Shown here piece by piece: positions 1-8,304 of a DNA stretch of 39,356 bases (its first letter is position 1; every line of letters starts with the position of its first letter). A program made the translations under genes and the position numbers. Source of the DNA: an uncultured delta proteobacterium (lineage in GTDB: Bacteria; Desulfobacterota; Syntrophobacteria; Syntrophobacterales; Syntrophobacteraceae). Under the pieces are notes generated by a model, which ran no database searches, was not told the DNA's origin, and saw only the letters and a list, made by a program, of their open reading frames with translations. The stretch spans positions 1-39,356 of the forward strand of contig CAWEHK010000006.1 in the NCBI GenBank assembly GCA_963808625.1, written 5' to 3'.

Positions 1-60
1 ATCCTGGGCAACAAAGTTGCTCTTCATAGGCTGTTTTTGGACGCCCTAGTCAATTTACAG

Positions 61-300
61 TCACATTTCTTGTGTCGCTGCGTCGGTGATGGATAGGAGT
101 GTCCAGATTTCAAGGCCAAATCGAAGTCCAAGAGCAAACAACCCGAGAGCGTTGCCCCCAGTACTGAGCCAAGTCGGTCCTACACTGAGAACGCTCGTTC
201 CCACATTGACATGAAGTATTTCCTCCTTGGCAGAGGATGAGGCTAACAAATTATTGAGTAGTTTCTTTTCAATAGCGGGGAGTTTGGGGCTTGTCAACAT
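61..300 (-). CDS. Hypothetical protein, low GC; possible first integron cassette ORF
   Basis: 79-80 aa ORF with no RBS, starting about 10 nt after a GTTAGTT core-like site (316-310); no recognisable motif. Confidence 0.25.
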   Translation of the reverse strand: MLTSPKLPAIEKKLLNNLLASSSAKEEILHVNVGTSVLSVGPTWLSTGGNALGLFALGLRFGLEIWTLLSITDAATQEM

Positions 301-399
301 CAAAACAAGAACTAACTACGACACATCTATTTGATTGTATTGTCATATTAGTGTTGTCCAATATCCAATTGTTCTTTTTAGGAGGCTTTGTTCAATTCG

Positions 400-630
400 A
401 TGCTGCCTGTTCCGATTCCTATTCTTAAGAGATTTGAGGCAATTCTCGATAGGCGAGCCCTTTCCTCGATTCAACCTGCGAACCATAAAAAGAGGCCCAG
501 GTATTTTCTGGATTTTCACCCCAAATATCTTATCGCGGAAACCCGATCAGACCAGGTGCGTCTATTCATCGATAGGTTTCGGAAGAAAAAAGCGATCCCG
601 TTCCAGCAAAGTCAAACGGGCCAAGACGCA
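400..630 (+). pseudogene. Truncated N-terminal extension of a Desulfobacterota-type integron integrase
   Basis: MLPVPIPILKRFEAILDRR...KKRPRYFLDFHPKY...RSDQVRLFIDRFRKKK...QQ resembles the recalled KKWLRYYLDFCxKY...LFIxKLREKxQ N-terminal segment; AGGAGG upstream; resemblance ends near 630 with no catalytic domain. Confidence 0.55.
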
Positions 631-789
631 TTATGGAAGCAGGGTGGGGGTGGTCCCATTGTTCGGTCCCGCCTTGATCATGCGCTCCAATTCATCGGCC
701 GCCTTGAAGTTCTTGTCGAGTTGATGAGCGACTTTCGGGATGCGGCTGTCGCTGGTCTTAATTCCCATGAGGCGACACAGCCATTTCAT
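631..789 (-). CDS. Small hypothetical protein (52 aa), phage-like
   Basis: ATG at 789 overlaps the TGA of the upstream ORF (ATGA coupling at 786-789). Confidence 0.45.
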   Translation of the reverse strand: MKWLCRLMGIKTSDSRIPKVAHQLDKNFKAADELERMIKAGPNNGTTPTLLP

Positions 790-1061
790 GAGCGGCTTGT
801 GGAGTCGCCGGTGTGCTTTGAGATCTCCAGGATCTTCAAGTAGATCGAAGTCGAGGCACGGATCAATTTGCCTTGGCATGCTGCAACCTTTTCCAGTTCA
901 CCGAGGAGCTTTTCGTAGCCGCTTTCCCGGTGTTTGATAATCTTGACGAGAGCCAGGATGACGTAGAACGAACCGAAAAGACCGAGGACGGCGATAAAGA
1001 TGGCATAGTGCTCTGGTCTTTTGAGTGCTTCGAGCCAAAATTCCTCGTTTGGCATGGCCAT
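786..1061 (-). CDS. Small single-pass membrane protein, phage-like
   Basis: 91 aa with one hydrophobic stretch (AIFIAVLGLFGSFYVILALVKII) followed by a basic/coiled segment; GAGGA RBS; directly downstream of the terminase. Confidence 0.6.
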   Translation of the reverse strand: MAMPNEEFWLEALKRPEHYAIFIAVLGLFGSFYVILALVKIIKHRESGYEKLLGELEKVAACQGKLIRASTSIYLKILEISKHTGDSTSRS

Positions 1062-1111
1062 GGGTCCTCATAGTGGATTCCGGCCAGAAGCACGCCGGAA
1101 TGACGAAGAGG

Positions 1112-2590
1112 CTAAAACACCGGTTCCATCTCCGATAGAGGGTCAACGGGAGAGATGAGCTCGCTTTGTGCCGTGCCCCAGACCTGCCCGTCGAGCACCG
1201 AGGCAAGGGCGGCGGAGATGAGCAGATCGTCGTGCACGAGGTCGCCGTTTTCATCACGGGTCCCGTCCGGGACGCCCCAGCGGATGGCGCGATCCGGGCC
1301 AACCAGTGGTTCCAGTTCACAGTATTTGAGTTGACTGGTGAATTTTGCCTGAAGCTTATCGTCGGGGCCCGGCGCGTAGTCCTTGAACCTTCCGGTTTCG
1401 ACCATCGCAATGAAAGACCAGCCCAGGGTCGACTTGCTGGACCGGGTGAAGGTGAAAGGCAGGACGATTCCGGGAAGCGCTTTTTCGAGAAACGAGGTGA
1501 CGCCGGCGCCAATCCCGGTGTTATCGGAGACGATGTAGCGGACCTGCCACTGCAGCGCGAGGTCCCTGAGCTGCGCGTAAAGCGTGTAATGCTTGTGGCC
1601 GACCCATTCTTTCCGGAACACCACGCGGTAGGTGGGGGCATTGATGAGCGGATCGCCGAGCGTCGCGAGATCGACCGAGACGATGGTGAGGGCGGTGCTG
1701 TCGCGCTTCTCGTTGGAGAGGGTGAAATCCCCGGTTTCCGTAGCCTGTTCGTCTTCGCCGGCAAGATCGAGGAGCATGGCGTAGATGTGGCCGGGCTGCG
1801 CGGTTTGGTGAGCCGGGTGATCGCCCTGGAGGCGGGCGATGCGCTCGGGGGGGAACATGCCGCCGGTTTCCTCGAGCTCCTGGGAGAAAAGCTGGGTGCG
1901 GATCAGCGGGTGGTTCCGGCCAAGCTTCGAGACCTGGTTGTCGACGAAGACCCCGTAGGGCGCCGACTCTTTTCTGACATCGTCGGCATCGTAGACAAAG
2001 ACGCGCGGAATGCCGTCCTTGGCCTGCTCTTCCCGGGCGGCCCGGAGCTCCCGGGAAAGGAGGGTGCGCGAGGTCCACATGGTGCCCCAGAAAACGCGGG
2101 TGGCATTGGTGCTGGCGGCCATGTTCACGAGGTCTTTGTCGAACTTGCCGATCTGGATATCCTGGGCCTCATCGACTTCCAGAAGATGGGAAGCCGTGAG
2201 CCCGACGACGTTGGTTTCCGGCGCCCCGGAGATGAAGCTGACGTTCGCTTTGCCGAGGCGGTAGATGAACCCGGCTTCCTTGCGCCAGGCGTGTTTCGTG
2301 AGATGGTTCCGGGAGAGCACGCGCTCCAGGCGCCTCATGGCGTTCAGGGACTGGGGCTTCCAGGTGGGCGAGGCTTTCACGATATCGGTATCATGGAGGC
2401 TGAGGCGGCGCATGAGGTAGGTCTCGAGCTGGGTCTGGAGCTCGTTCTTGCCGGAGTGGCGCGGCATGATGATCACAATCGAATGGCCAAGACCGTTCAG
2501 AACGGAGTTGAGAATCGCCCGGGCCGGCGCCTGCTGGTAAGAGCGGAGTCGGATCTGGGAGGCATGGAACGAGAACTTAATAACGTCATC
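1112..2590 (-). CDS. Phage terminase large subunit-like ATPase/nuclease; 5' end apparently truncated
   Basis: Walker A-like PRHSGKN, Walker B LLEVDEAQD, nuclease acidic motifs DLAG/DSTA/DNTGIG/HDD; the frame stays open 38 codons above the GTG at 2476 (includes LRSYQQ) up to TAA at 2591-2593 without a start codon. Confidence 0.8.
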   Translation of the reverse strand, partial: DDVIKFSFHASQIRLRSYQQAPARAILNSVLNGLGHSIVIIMPRHSGKNELQTQLETYLMRRLSLHDTDIVKASPTWKPQSLNAMRRLERVLSRNHLTKHAWRKEAGFIYRLGKANVSFISGAPETNVVGLTASHLLEVDEAQDIQIGKFDKDLVNMAASTNATRVFWGTMWTSRTLLSRELRAAREEQAKDGIPRVFVYDADDVRKESAPYGVFVDNQVSKLGRNHPLIRTQLFSQELEETGGMFPPERIARLQGDHPAHQTAQPGHIYAMLLDLAGEDEQATETGDFTLSNEKRDSTALTIVSVDLATLGDPLINAPTYRVVFRKEWVGHKHYTLYAQLRDLALQWQVRYIVSDNTGIGAGVTSFLEKALPGIVLPFTFTRSSKSTLGWSFIAMVETGRFKDYAPGPDDKLQAKFTSQLKYCELEPLVGPDRAIRWGVPDGTRDENGDLVHDDLLISAALASVLDGQVWGTAQSELISPVDPLSEMEPVF

Positions 2591-2622
2591 TTAGAATTCT
2601 TTTTCTGCATGAAGCCGAAGGA

Positions 2623-2907
2623 TCATTGTCCGCTTTCAAGCAAACCCTTCTTCTGCAGGATGGCCACATAACCCGGTAAGGAAAGTGGGCAGTCGATCAA
2701 CTCCCCAAAATCGTGTTCTGACAGCTTCAATTGACTTCGAATCTTATCAGCTAAGCGTCCCGGTAGATCTCCCCTGCCGTGAGAGAAATGCACCCTCAAT
2801 ATTTTTTTCCCGTTATGGCAAAACCACCCGTACCGGTGCTTCGTCGAACGAACCTCAAATTGGCGCTTTTCAAAGACCCTTTCCATTTCTGCTTTCTTCA
2901 CTTGCAT
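2623..2907 (-). CDS. HicA-like mRNA interferase toxin
   Basis: 94 aa basic protein with STKH...FSHGRGDL...IRSQLKLS, a HicA-like pattern; overlaps the upstream partner by 10 nt. Confidence 0.65.
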   Translation of the reverse strand: MQVKKAEMERVFEKRQFEVRSTKHRYGWFCHNGKKILRVHFSHGRGDLPGRLADKIRSQLKLSEHDFGELIDCPLSLPGYVAILQKKGLLESGQ

Positions 2908-3278
2908 TCAACGATCTCCGTGAGACAATCCAGCCACTTCCTGGGCAGAGGTCCAAGGTTGCCTGCATCTGCACCCAGGTCTTCGAAGAGTTGGACGATC
3001 TCCTCGCAAAGGAGGTCGATGGCTTCTGACTCAGTCTCAGCATGGGAAAAAGCCTCAATATCATCGAAGCTGGCAATGACCATATCGTCAGCAGCTTCCA
3101 AAGTAATGAAAATCGGGACCTTCAAATGATACCGGGGATGCCTCAGAGAATTGAGCGGCACGATCCGGTAATGCTTCTCGATGGAATGAATGATCTTTCG
3201 TGTCAGATCACGATACTGATCGGGTGTTAGAAGATCTTGTTGCATAACCTTGTCTCCATTTCCTCTTGCTTTATCCAT
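2898..3278 (-). CDS. HicB-like antitoxin
   Basis: Acidic 126 aa; VIASFDDIEAFSHAETESEAIDLLCEEIVQLFEDL fits the HicB partial RNase H fold; AGGAGG RBS. Confidence 0.65.
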   Translation of the reverse strand: MDKARGNGDKVMQQDLLTPDQYRDLTRKIIHSIEKHYRIVPLNSLRHPRYHLKVPIFITLEAADDMVIASFDDIEAFSHAETESEAIDLLCEEIVQLFEDLGADAGNLGPLPRKWLDCLTEIVECK

Positions 3279-3477
3279 CCTCCTGCCGATTGGTAAGGTA
3301 CTTTGTATTTGCAGACAAAAGCAAGGTGAAGTAGAGGAGTGACCGGCCCCCAGCTTTCGGAAAGGAAGGACCTTTGACGACGACCGACCCGGATTCAGGC
3401 GGGGTCTTGTAATGCTCGCGTTTCTCCTTGATCTTCTGGGCCGCCACCGTGACGATCCAGAGAAAGTCTCGGATCGC

Positions 3478-3648
3478 TCAGTGCAGCCGCACGCGGTCTT
3501 CGAGCATACGGGAATACCACTGCAGCCAGGGGAGCATGGTGGTGAGATCGGACTTGCCTGGGTTGGACGCCGTGACGGTCAGGCCCAGCGGCTCAAGGCA
3601 CTGGTCCCGGATGATTTCGCCGGGGTGCGGCGGATTGTGCATCTTCAT
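3478..3648 (-). pseudogene. higA: HigA antitoxin 5' fragment fused to unrelated sequence
   Basis: [27 protein letters not shown] is the canonical HigA start; resemblance is lost after about 27 codons and the frame stops at 56 aa. Confidence 0.8.
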
Positions 3649-3669
3649 GGGTGCCTTCCTTTCTCGCGG

Positions 3670-3711
3670 TCAGTAGTAGTCGACAAGGTCGACATTCGCA
3701 GCGTTCTCGCC
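3670..3711 (-). pseudogene. higB: HigB toxin 3' fragment
   Basis: GENAANVDLVDYY-stop matches the HigB C-terminal ..DVDLVDYH-stop; sits just upstream of the higA fragment. Confidence 0.65.
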
Positions 3712-3776
3712 GTGGTAGTATGGGCTTGAAGGAATTGTTGAGAAATTAATACGATTACGAGTTACAAGATAAACGT

Positions 3777-4441
3777 ATGAAAACTTATACCGAACGCCAC
3801 ATCCGCCGTTCCGAGCTTTTCCAGCTCATTCTTCTCCAGCGTGTTTACGCTCGTCCGGAAAGCTCCCGTCTGATTTTTCAGGGGGGTCAGCCCCCTATGC
3901 ATCAGGCTAAGGGGTTTACCCGAGGTGGATTTGTGCCTGCGACCGGTTGCCAGTCGGATGCTGAATGCCCTGAAAGGGCTTCATAAAATAGCCCAGGGTC
4001 AGCAACAGCGCCACCCTGGGAGGGGAGAAGCCCAATTCCCTTTTCTTTACCCTGAAAGGGTTAGATAAATCGTTGTACCGCTATGTTTTATGCAACCCCT
4101 TCAGGGTAGATAGTCGTGTTGTGCCTGGCTCCCCAGGGTGGCGCTAGCGCTGACCCTGGGCTGATTTATCGAGCCCCTTCAGGGCAGTAAAGTTAGCTTG
4201 ATGCATATGGGGCACGGCCCTCCGTTGGTATCACCACTGCGGGCGGTTTTCCGAAGACCTCGATTTTGTCACCCACCTCGACAGGCCGGGGCTGGAACGT
4301 CTGCTGAAGGGGGGTGAGCCGGCGGTGGCACGCGAGGCCATCGCCCACTTCGGGCCGGGCCGCCTTGTCATGACTGCCCGTGGTCCGCGTGAGGAAAGGA
4401 TGGTCTGGCGCCTCGCCTTTGAGCCGCAGAACATGCGGGAA
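3777..4441 (+). pseudogene. AbiEii-family nucleotidyltransferase toxin, interrupted by a repeat element and 3' truncated
   Basis: ...SRLIFQGG (3777-3886) resumes after the insertion as GTALRWYHHCGRFSEDLDFV (from about 4211), rebuilding the FxGGTAL...RFSEDLDF signature. Confidence 0.85.
3890..4213. mobile_element. MITE-like palindromic element, family A copy 1 (about 324 bp)
   Basis: 21-bp TIRs GCCCCCTATGCATCAGGCTAA / TTAGCTTGATGCATATGGGGC (19/21 match); internal nested palindromes with CCCTGAAAGGG / CCCTTCAGGG and GCCCAGGGT..GCCACCCTGGG. Confidence 0.85.
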
Positions 4442-4442
4442 C

Positions 4443-4586
4443 TGTATCTATTATCGGAAGAAGGTGCCATTTGCCGATGATCTGGAGCTGGAGGAGCTCG
4501 ATACCGCGAGCCTGCGTGGGATGGCGCAATCTTTTCCGGTGCGGGTGCGGCGGGTGGTGGAGGAACTGGTGGGCGGGGCGCCGTGA
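4443..4586 (+). pseudogene. Probable 3' fragment of an AbiEi-like antitoxin
   Basis: CIYYRKKVPFADDLELEELDTASLRGMAQSFPVRVRRVV resembles AbiEi C-termini; abuts the truncated abiEii in another frame. Confidence 0.4.
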
Positions 4587-4666
4587 CGAGACTCCTAACA
4601 GCACAAACGGTCAATCCTTGGAGGTGTGCTTCGTCAACAAGTTCAGGGTGAACACGGAGAACATTT

Positions 4667-5005
4667 ATGAATCGCAGTATCAGCGAGCGTTTGAGGGAAC
4701 TACAGGGTGAAATGAGCGCACGGAAATTTGCCAAGGAACTGGATCTGAAGGTCACGACCCTGTGGGAATATCTACGCGGTCGAGAGCCTCCGGCATCAGT
4801 GATCGTGAGCATTGCGCGAAAACTGAATGTCCGTGCGTGGTGGCTTTTAACCGGTGAGGGTCCGAAATACGGTGTGGGATCAGAGGATGGACCCTATGAG
4901 ACGTCAGTCTGCCGGGATTTGAGAGAGATCAGGGCACGGATCGATGCGCTCCAGTCCTGGCTCGATCAATGTGAAAGCCGCTATGAGTGTGACCGAAAGG
5001 GCTAA
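4667..5005 (+). CDS. XRE-family HTH regulator (phage repressor-like, no S24 domain)
   Basis: ISERLRELQGEMSARKFAKELDL...WWLLTGEG, a cI-like HTH; GGAG RBS. Confidence 0.8.
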   Translation: MNRSISERLRELQGEMSARKFAKELDLKVTTLWEYLRGREPPASVIVSIARKLNVRAWWLLTGEGPKYGVGSEDGPYETSVCRDLREIRARIDALQSWLDQCESRYECDRKG

Positions 5006-5142
5006 CGGAAGAGTCTACTGTCGTACTTCGAAAATGGACCGTTACAAAATGATTCAGAAGCCGCACTTGCCGCGGGCGCCGACCAACACCTTCGTGCCCG
5101 GATCGTACTCAGGCCCGCCACTTCTTGACGCGCTACATTGGT

Positions 5143-5296
5143 GAAGAACGAATATCGAACAAGAAACCGCAGAATGCCGAAGGGGGACTGAAAACGATCG
5201 GCTCCGCTCGATTTTTGGCAGACGGCAAAAGTATGCGCCAATGTCAAAAAAATTTCATAATTCGACATTCCTTGTTCGATATTCAATATTCGATAC
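5143..5296. repeat. Heptad-periodic inverted repeat (GAA arm / TTC arm)
   Basis: GAAGAAC GAATATC GAACAAG ... TTCATAA TTCGACA TTCCTTG TTCGATA TTCAATA TTCGATA; related to 8131-8223. Confidence 0.75.
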
Positions 5297-5309
5297 TTGC
5301 CAAGCTTTG

Positions 5310-5852
5310 CTACTTGGTTACGCCAATCACGCCGCATGCCACGCGGGGGCCTGAGGCGCCGGTGGGTTGCGTGGTAAAATCGTCAGGCTGAGCGTGAACC
5401 ACGACCCCACGCCCGATGATCGAATTGGGCCCTTCCAGAGAGAGCTTGGGGTCGACCAGGGTAAGCTTGCCGTTGCCCGAGGCATCCGCTGGGATGTTGC
5501 CAAAATCGCCGGCATGGCGCTTGTCTCCCGTTGCACCCCCGTGCGGCATGTTCATGGGATTGAAATGCCCGCCCGCGGAATTCGCATCGGGAGAACTGCA
5601 GTCACCATACTCGTGAAGGTGAAACCCGTGCAGACCGGGACTCAGTCCCTGAATTGACGCCTCGACGTGAACCCCGTCCCGTTCTTTGACAAAGGAGACT
5701 ACTCCCTGCACCTTGTTCCCCTGAGTCGGATTAAGCACGGCAATCGCTTTGGTCGCGGAAACTCCATGTTCAGTGCTCCTGGAACAACCGCTCAGCCCGT
5801 AACCAACGACTAAGAGGAACACCAAAAGACTTAATCCAAATGCTCTTTTCAT
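5310..5852 (-). CDS. sodC: Cu/Zn superoxide dismutase, lipoprotein
   Basis: HGFHLHEYGDC, AGGHFNP, RHAGDFGN, GRGVVVHA, RVACGVI; lipobox LSGC; AGGAGG before ATG 5852. Confidence 0.95.
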   Translation of the reverse strand: MKRAFGLSLLVFLLVVGYGLSGCSRSTEHGVSATKAIAVLNPTQGNKVQGVVSFVKERDGVHVEASIQGLSPGLHGFHLHEYGDCSSPDANSAGGHFNPMNMPHGGATGDKRHAGDFGNIPADASGNGKLTLVDPKLSLEGPNSIIGRGVVVHAQPDDFTTQPTGASGPRVACGVIGVTK

Positions 5853-5954
5853 GGTCTGCTCTCCTCCTTTTACGGTCCAATACTGTTCTCTCATTGTCCA
5901 AACGTACAACGACATCGATCCTATGCTGCCTAGTAGCTCGATTCCCAATTACCA

Positions 5955-6030
5955 TGTCATCTCGACCGAAGGGAGAGATCTTTAAATGAACAGCCACAGA
6001 TGAAGAACTCTCGCTTCGCTCGAAATGATA
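5955..6030. repeat. REP-like doublet (TGTCAT type)
   Basis: TGTCATCTCGACCGAAGGGAGAGATCT ... CTCTCGCTTCGCTCGAAATGATA imperfect inverted pair. Confidence 0.65.
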
Positions 6031-6059
6031 GCGTTGCAACATTATTTATGAATCGATCT

Positions 6060-6202
6060 ACTATACTCGTTGAGGTTAGAAATCTGCTTTGTGTAGGAGC
6101 GGCACTTTGCCGCGACCTTGATAAAATCGCGCCTAAGAGGCGCTCCTACAGAAAGGTGATGGTTCTGGCAAAATGAAAGATCTCTACCTTAATCAGTATA
6201 GT
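6060..6202. mobile_element. MITE-like element, family B copy 1, with GTAG-type REP doublet
   Basis: Ends ACTATACTCGTTGAGGTTAGAAATCT / AGATCTCTACCTTAATCAGTATAGT; core TGTAGGAGCG...CGCTCCTACA; homologous to 13651-13792. Confidence 0.8.
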
Positions 6203-6225
6203 TGCCGGTGCTCGATGACTGCCCA

Positions 6226-6290
6226 CTCAACCATCAACCATCAACTCAACATCAACTATCAACCACTCAACCCATCAACCATCAACCACC
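6226..6290. repeat. Degenerate heptamer tandem repeat (TCAACCA)n
   Basis: About 9 imperfect TCAACCA units immediately downstream of the ferredoxin stop. Confidence 0.7.
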
Positions 6291-7040
6291 CTAAGCTGCC
6301 AGTTGCCGGCGCTCGAGGATGGTCCCTCGCACCCCGATGACCACCTCTTCCATGGGGACTTTCTTGCCTGCTGCTTCCATGCCCTTTTTTACGATTAAAG
6401 GCAAGGCGGAACAACAGGGAACTTCCATTTCCAGGACGGTTACGCTCTTGATCCCGGCGACGCTGAAGATCTCTGCAAATTTCTTGATGTACTGAGGAAC
6501 GTCGTCAAACTTCGGGCAACCCAGCAGCAAGGCTTTCCCCTGCAGGAAGTCGCAGTGGAAGTTGCCATAGGCCACCGGCGTGCAATCGGCGGCAACGAGA
6601 AGATCGGCCCCTTTCAGAAAAGGCGCACTCGCCGGCACCAAGCGTATCTGGACGGGCCAGTGAGAGAGCGCAGAGGCGGCAGCATCCTGCGTTACCGGCC
6701 GGTTGGCGGCTTCGCATGAAGTGGTGAACAGGCGCAACTGGCTCGACGGACATTGAATAGGGGGTGCAGGCTTCGGAACGTCCTCGCCCTTGCCACTTCT
6801 TTCAAGGTGCTTTTCGACCTCTTCCGGATCGAATTCCGCAGCTTCCCGCTCGATGATCCGCAGCGCCCCCTGCGGACATTCTCCGAGGCACGCCCCGAGA
6901 CCGTCGCAATAGGTCTCTTTGATCAGCCTGGCCTTGCCCTCCACAATTTCGATGGCGCCCTCGGCGCAGGCAATGACACACTGTCCGCAGCCGTCGCAAC
7001 GCTCCTCGTCAATTTCGATAATTTTCCGGCTGGATTTCAT
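6291..7040 (-). CDS. 4Fe-4S dicluster ferredoxin-domain protein (hcp-associated type)
   Basis: CDGCGQCVIAC and CDGLGACLGECP motifs, then WPVQIRLV, AADC, GCPKFDD, MEVPCC. Confidence 0.9.
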   Translation of the reverse strand: MKSSRKIIEIDEERCDGCGQCVIACAEGAIEIVEGKARLIKETYCDGLGACLGECPQGALRIIEREAAEFDPEEVEKHLERSGKGEDVPKPAPPIQCPSSQLRLFTTSCEAANRPVTQDAAASALSHWPVQIRLVPASAPFLKGADLLVAADCTPVAYGNFHCDFLQGKALLLGCPKFDDVPQYIKKFAEIFSVAGIKSVTVLEMEVPCCSALPLIVKKGMEAAGKKVPMEEVVIGVRGTILERRQLAA

Positions 7041-7114
7041 GCTTTTCTCCCGGGGTCTTCGTCCTGCAATATCCCGCAAAAACGCATAGGCGTCAACTCA
7101 ACGGTTTTCCGTGT

Positions 7115-7259
7115 GGTACTTGCTTATAGAACCGAAAAGGCACCCAGACGTCATTCCCGCATGCTTCCAGCGGGAATCCAGATTCTTTTAAACCCCTGGA
7201 CCCCCGCCAAAAACATGCGAGGGTGACGATGTGTGTCAGCGGCTAAAGGCGTAAGTACC
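7115..7259. repeat. CGTC-type REP doublet within short inverted ends
   Basis: CGTCATTCCCGCATGCTTCCAGCGGGAATCCAG ... CTGGACCCCCGCCAAAAACATGCGAGGGTGACG; flanks GGTACTT / AAGTACC. Confidence 0.7.
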
Positions 7260-7324
7260 TTGAAAGCAAGCATAGCTCCTCTTAAGTTGACGTGCATGCG
7301 CTAAAACCGCAGCAAACGGGCATG

Positions 7325-8053
7325 TCACCCTGCAAAAGCCTCTCCGGCGAGTTTCCTGCCCGTTTCGGTAAGGAAGTTCTTATCAATCATTTTCGCCAGC
7401 CTCTCCGGAGCAATGGGTTGCTCTTTGTGATTCTCCTCCAGGTTTACGATGAGGTCGGCGTCGTAGAGGCACTTATAGTTGACCGTTTCAGGATCTCGCG
7501 GATGGTGGTGATGGCCGATGATGTCGCAGACCTCTTCGATCAGCTCCGGTCTGGCGCCAAGCCTGGTAAGGATCTCGCGGGCGATGGGCGGGCCTTCCTC
7601 CTCCTGGTAGCGGGCGGCGGTGCTGTTATACTTGCGTTCCGCCTCCTTGGTCCCAATATCGTGGAGGTACGCGGCAGCGAGAACCACAGCGGGATCTCCT
7701 CGTTCCACCTTGACGATCTGCTCGGCATAGCGGGCCACCCTGGCGGCATGGGCAATGCGCTTGAAATCGCGCCCAAAGGTGCGTTTCATTTCCAGGGCAA
7801 CGCGGTCTTTCAAGAGGTCATCCCGCTGCGCGATGAGCTCGGGGGGAAGGTCCCCCAGACACTGTTGGGCATATTTGCAGTAGGAGGCGCATCCGAAGTC
7901 CATCTTCGGGTTGATGAATTTATAGCCGCAGTGCCGGCAATGTCTCTTCGACTCGTCTTTGAAGAATTCCACCAGATGCCCGCACTGCGGGCATTTGGCC
8001 TCAAAAATCGCCCCCGCCTCCCAATAACGGCTATCCTGGCCCGGACACTTCAT
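7325..8053 (-). CDS. HD-domain phosphohydrolase with N-terminal Cys-rich zinc-ribbon
   Basis: MKCPGQD, CPQCG, CRHCG, CASYC; HA..V, YLHDIG, IGHHH, YDAD; AAGGAG RBS. Confidence 0.9.
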   Translation of the reverse strand: MKCPGQDSRYWEAGAIFEAKCPQCGHLVEFFKDESKRHCRHCGYKFINPKMDFGCASYCKYAQQCLGDLPPELIAQRDDLLKDRVALEMKRTFGRDFKRIAHAARVARYAEQIVKVERGDPAVVLAAAYLHDIGTKEAERKYNSTAARYQEEEGPPIAREILTRLGARPELIEEVCDIIGHHHHPRDPETVNYKCLYDADLIVNLEENHKEQPIAPERLAKMIDKNFLTETGRKLAGEAFAG

Positions 8054-8130
8054 CTTTGCTGCTCCTTAGGAATTGTCCAATAGTCAAGGTCAGGGACAGT
8101 TGTGGAAAGCGAGCTCCCGAAAAAAGAATA

Positions 8131-8223
8131 ATGAATATCGAACAAGGAATTTCGAATGCTGAAGTATCTTGCTCCCCTTCGACATTCTGCGGTTCGATGT
8201 TCGATATTCGATATTCGATATTC
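8131..8223. repeat. Heptad-periodic inverted repeat
   Basis: GAATATC GAACAAG GAATTTC GAATGCT GAAGTAT ... TTCGACA TTCTGCG GTTCGAT GTTCGAT ATTCGAT ATTCGAT. Confidence 0.75.
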
Positions 8224-8304
8224 ACTTGCAGTTATGAAGTGGGGTCCAATCCCACCAGAGTCCGTAACCCTTGCTTTTGGAAGCCTGGTCAGCTTCCCGC
8301 GCCG

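Noticed and set aside
388..843. 151-aa ORF as an intact gene
   Set aside because: Only 400-630 resembles a known protein; the rest is antisense to two coupled minus-strand ORFs
1166..2671. 501-aa plus-strand ORF (and 898-1764 minus)
   Set aside because: Antisense or alternate-frame shadow of the GC-rich terminase; no motifs
1..5100. Functional prophage
   Set aside because: Only a start-less terminase, a repressor-like gene and two small ORFs; no portal, capsid, tail or intact integrase
5143..8223. CRISPR array from the short repeats
   Set aside because: Units are 7-nt periodic with no constant 25-40 nt repeat, no unique spacers and no cas genes
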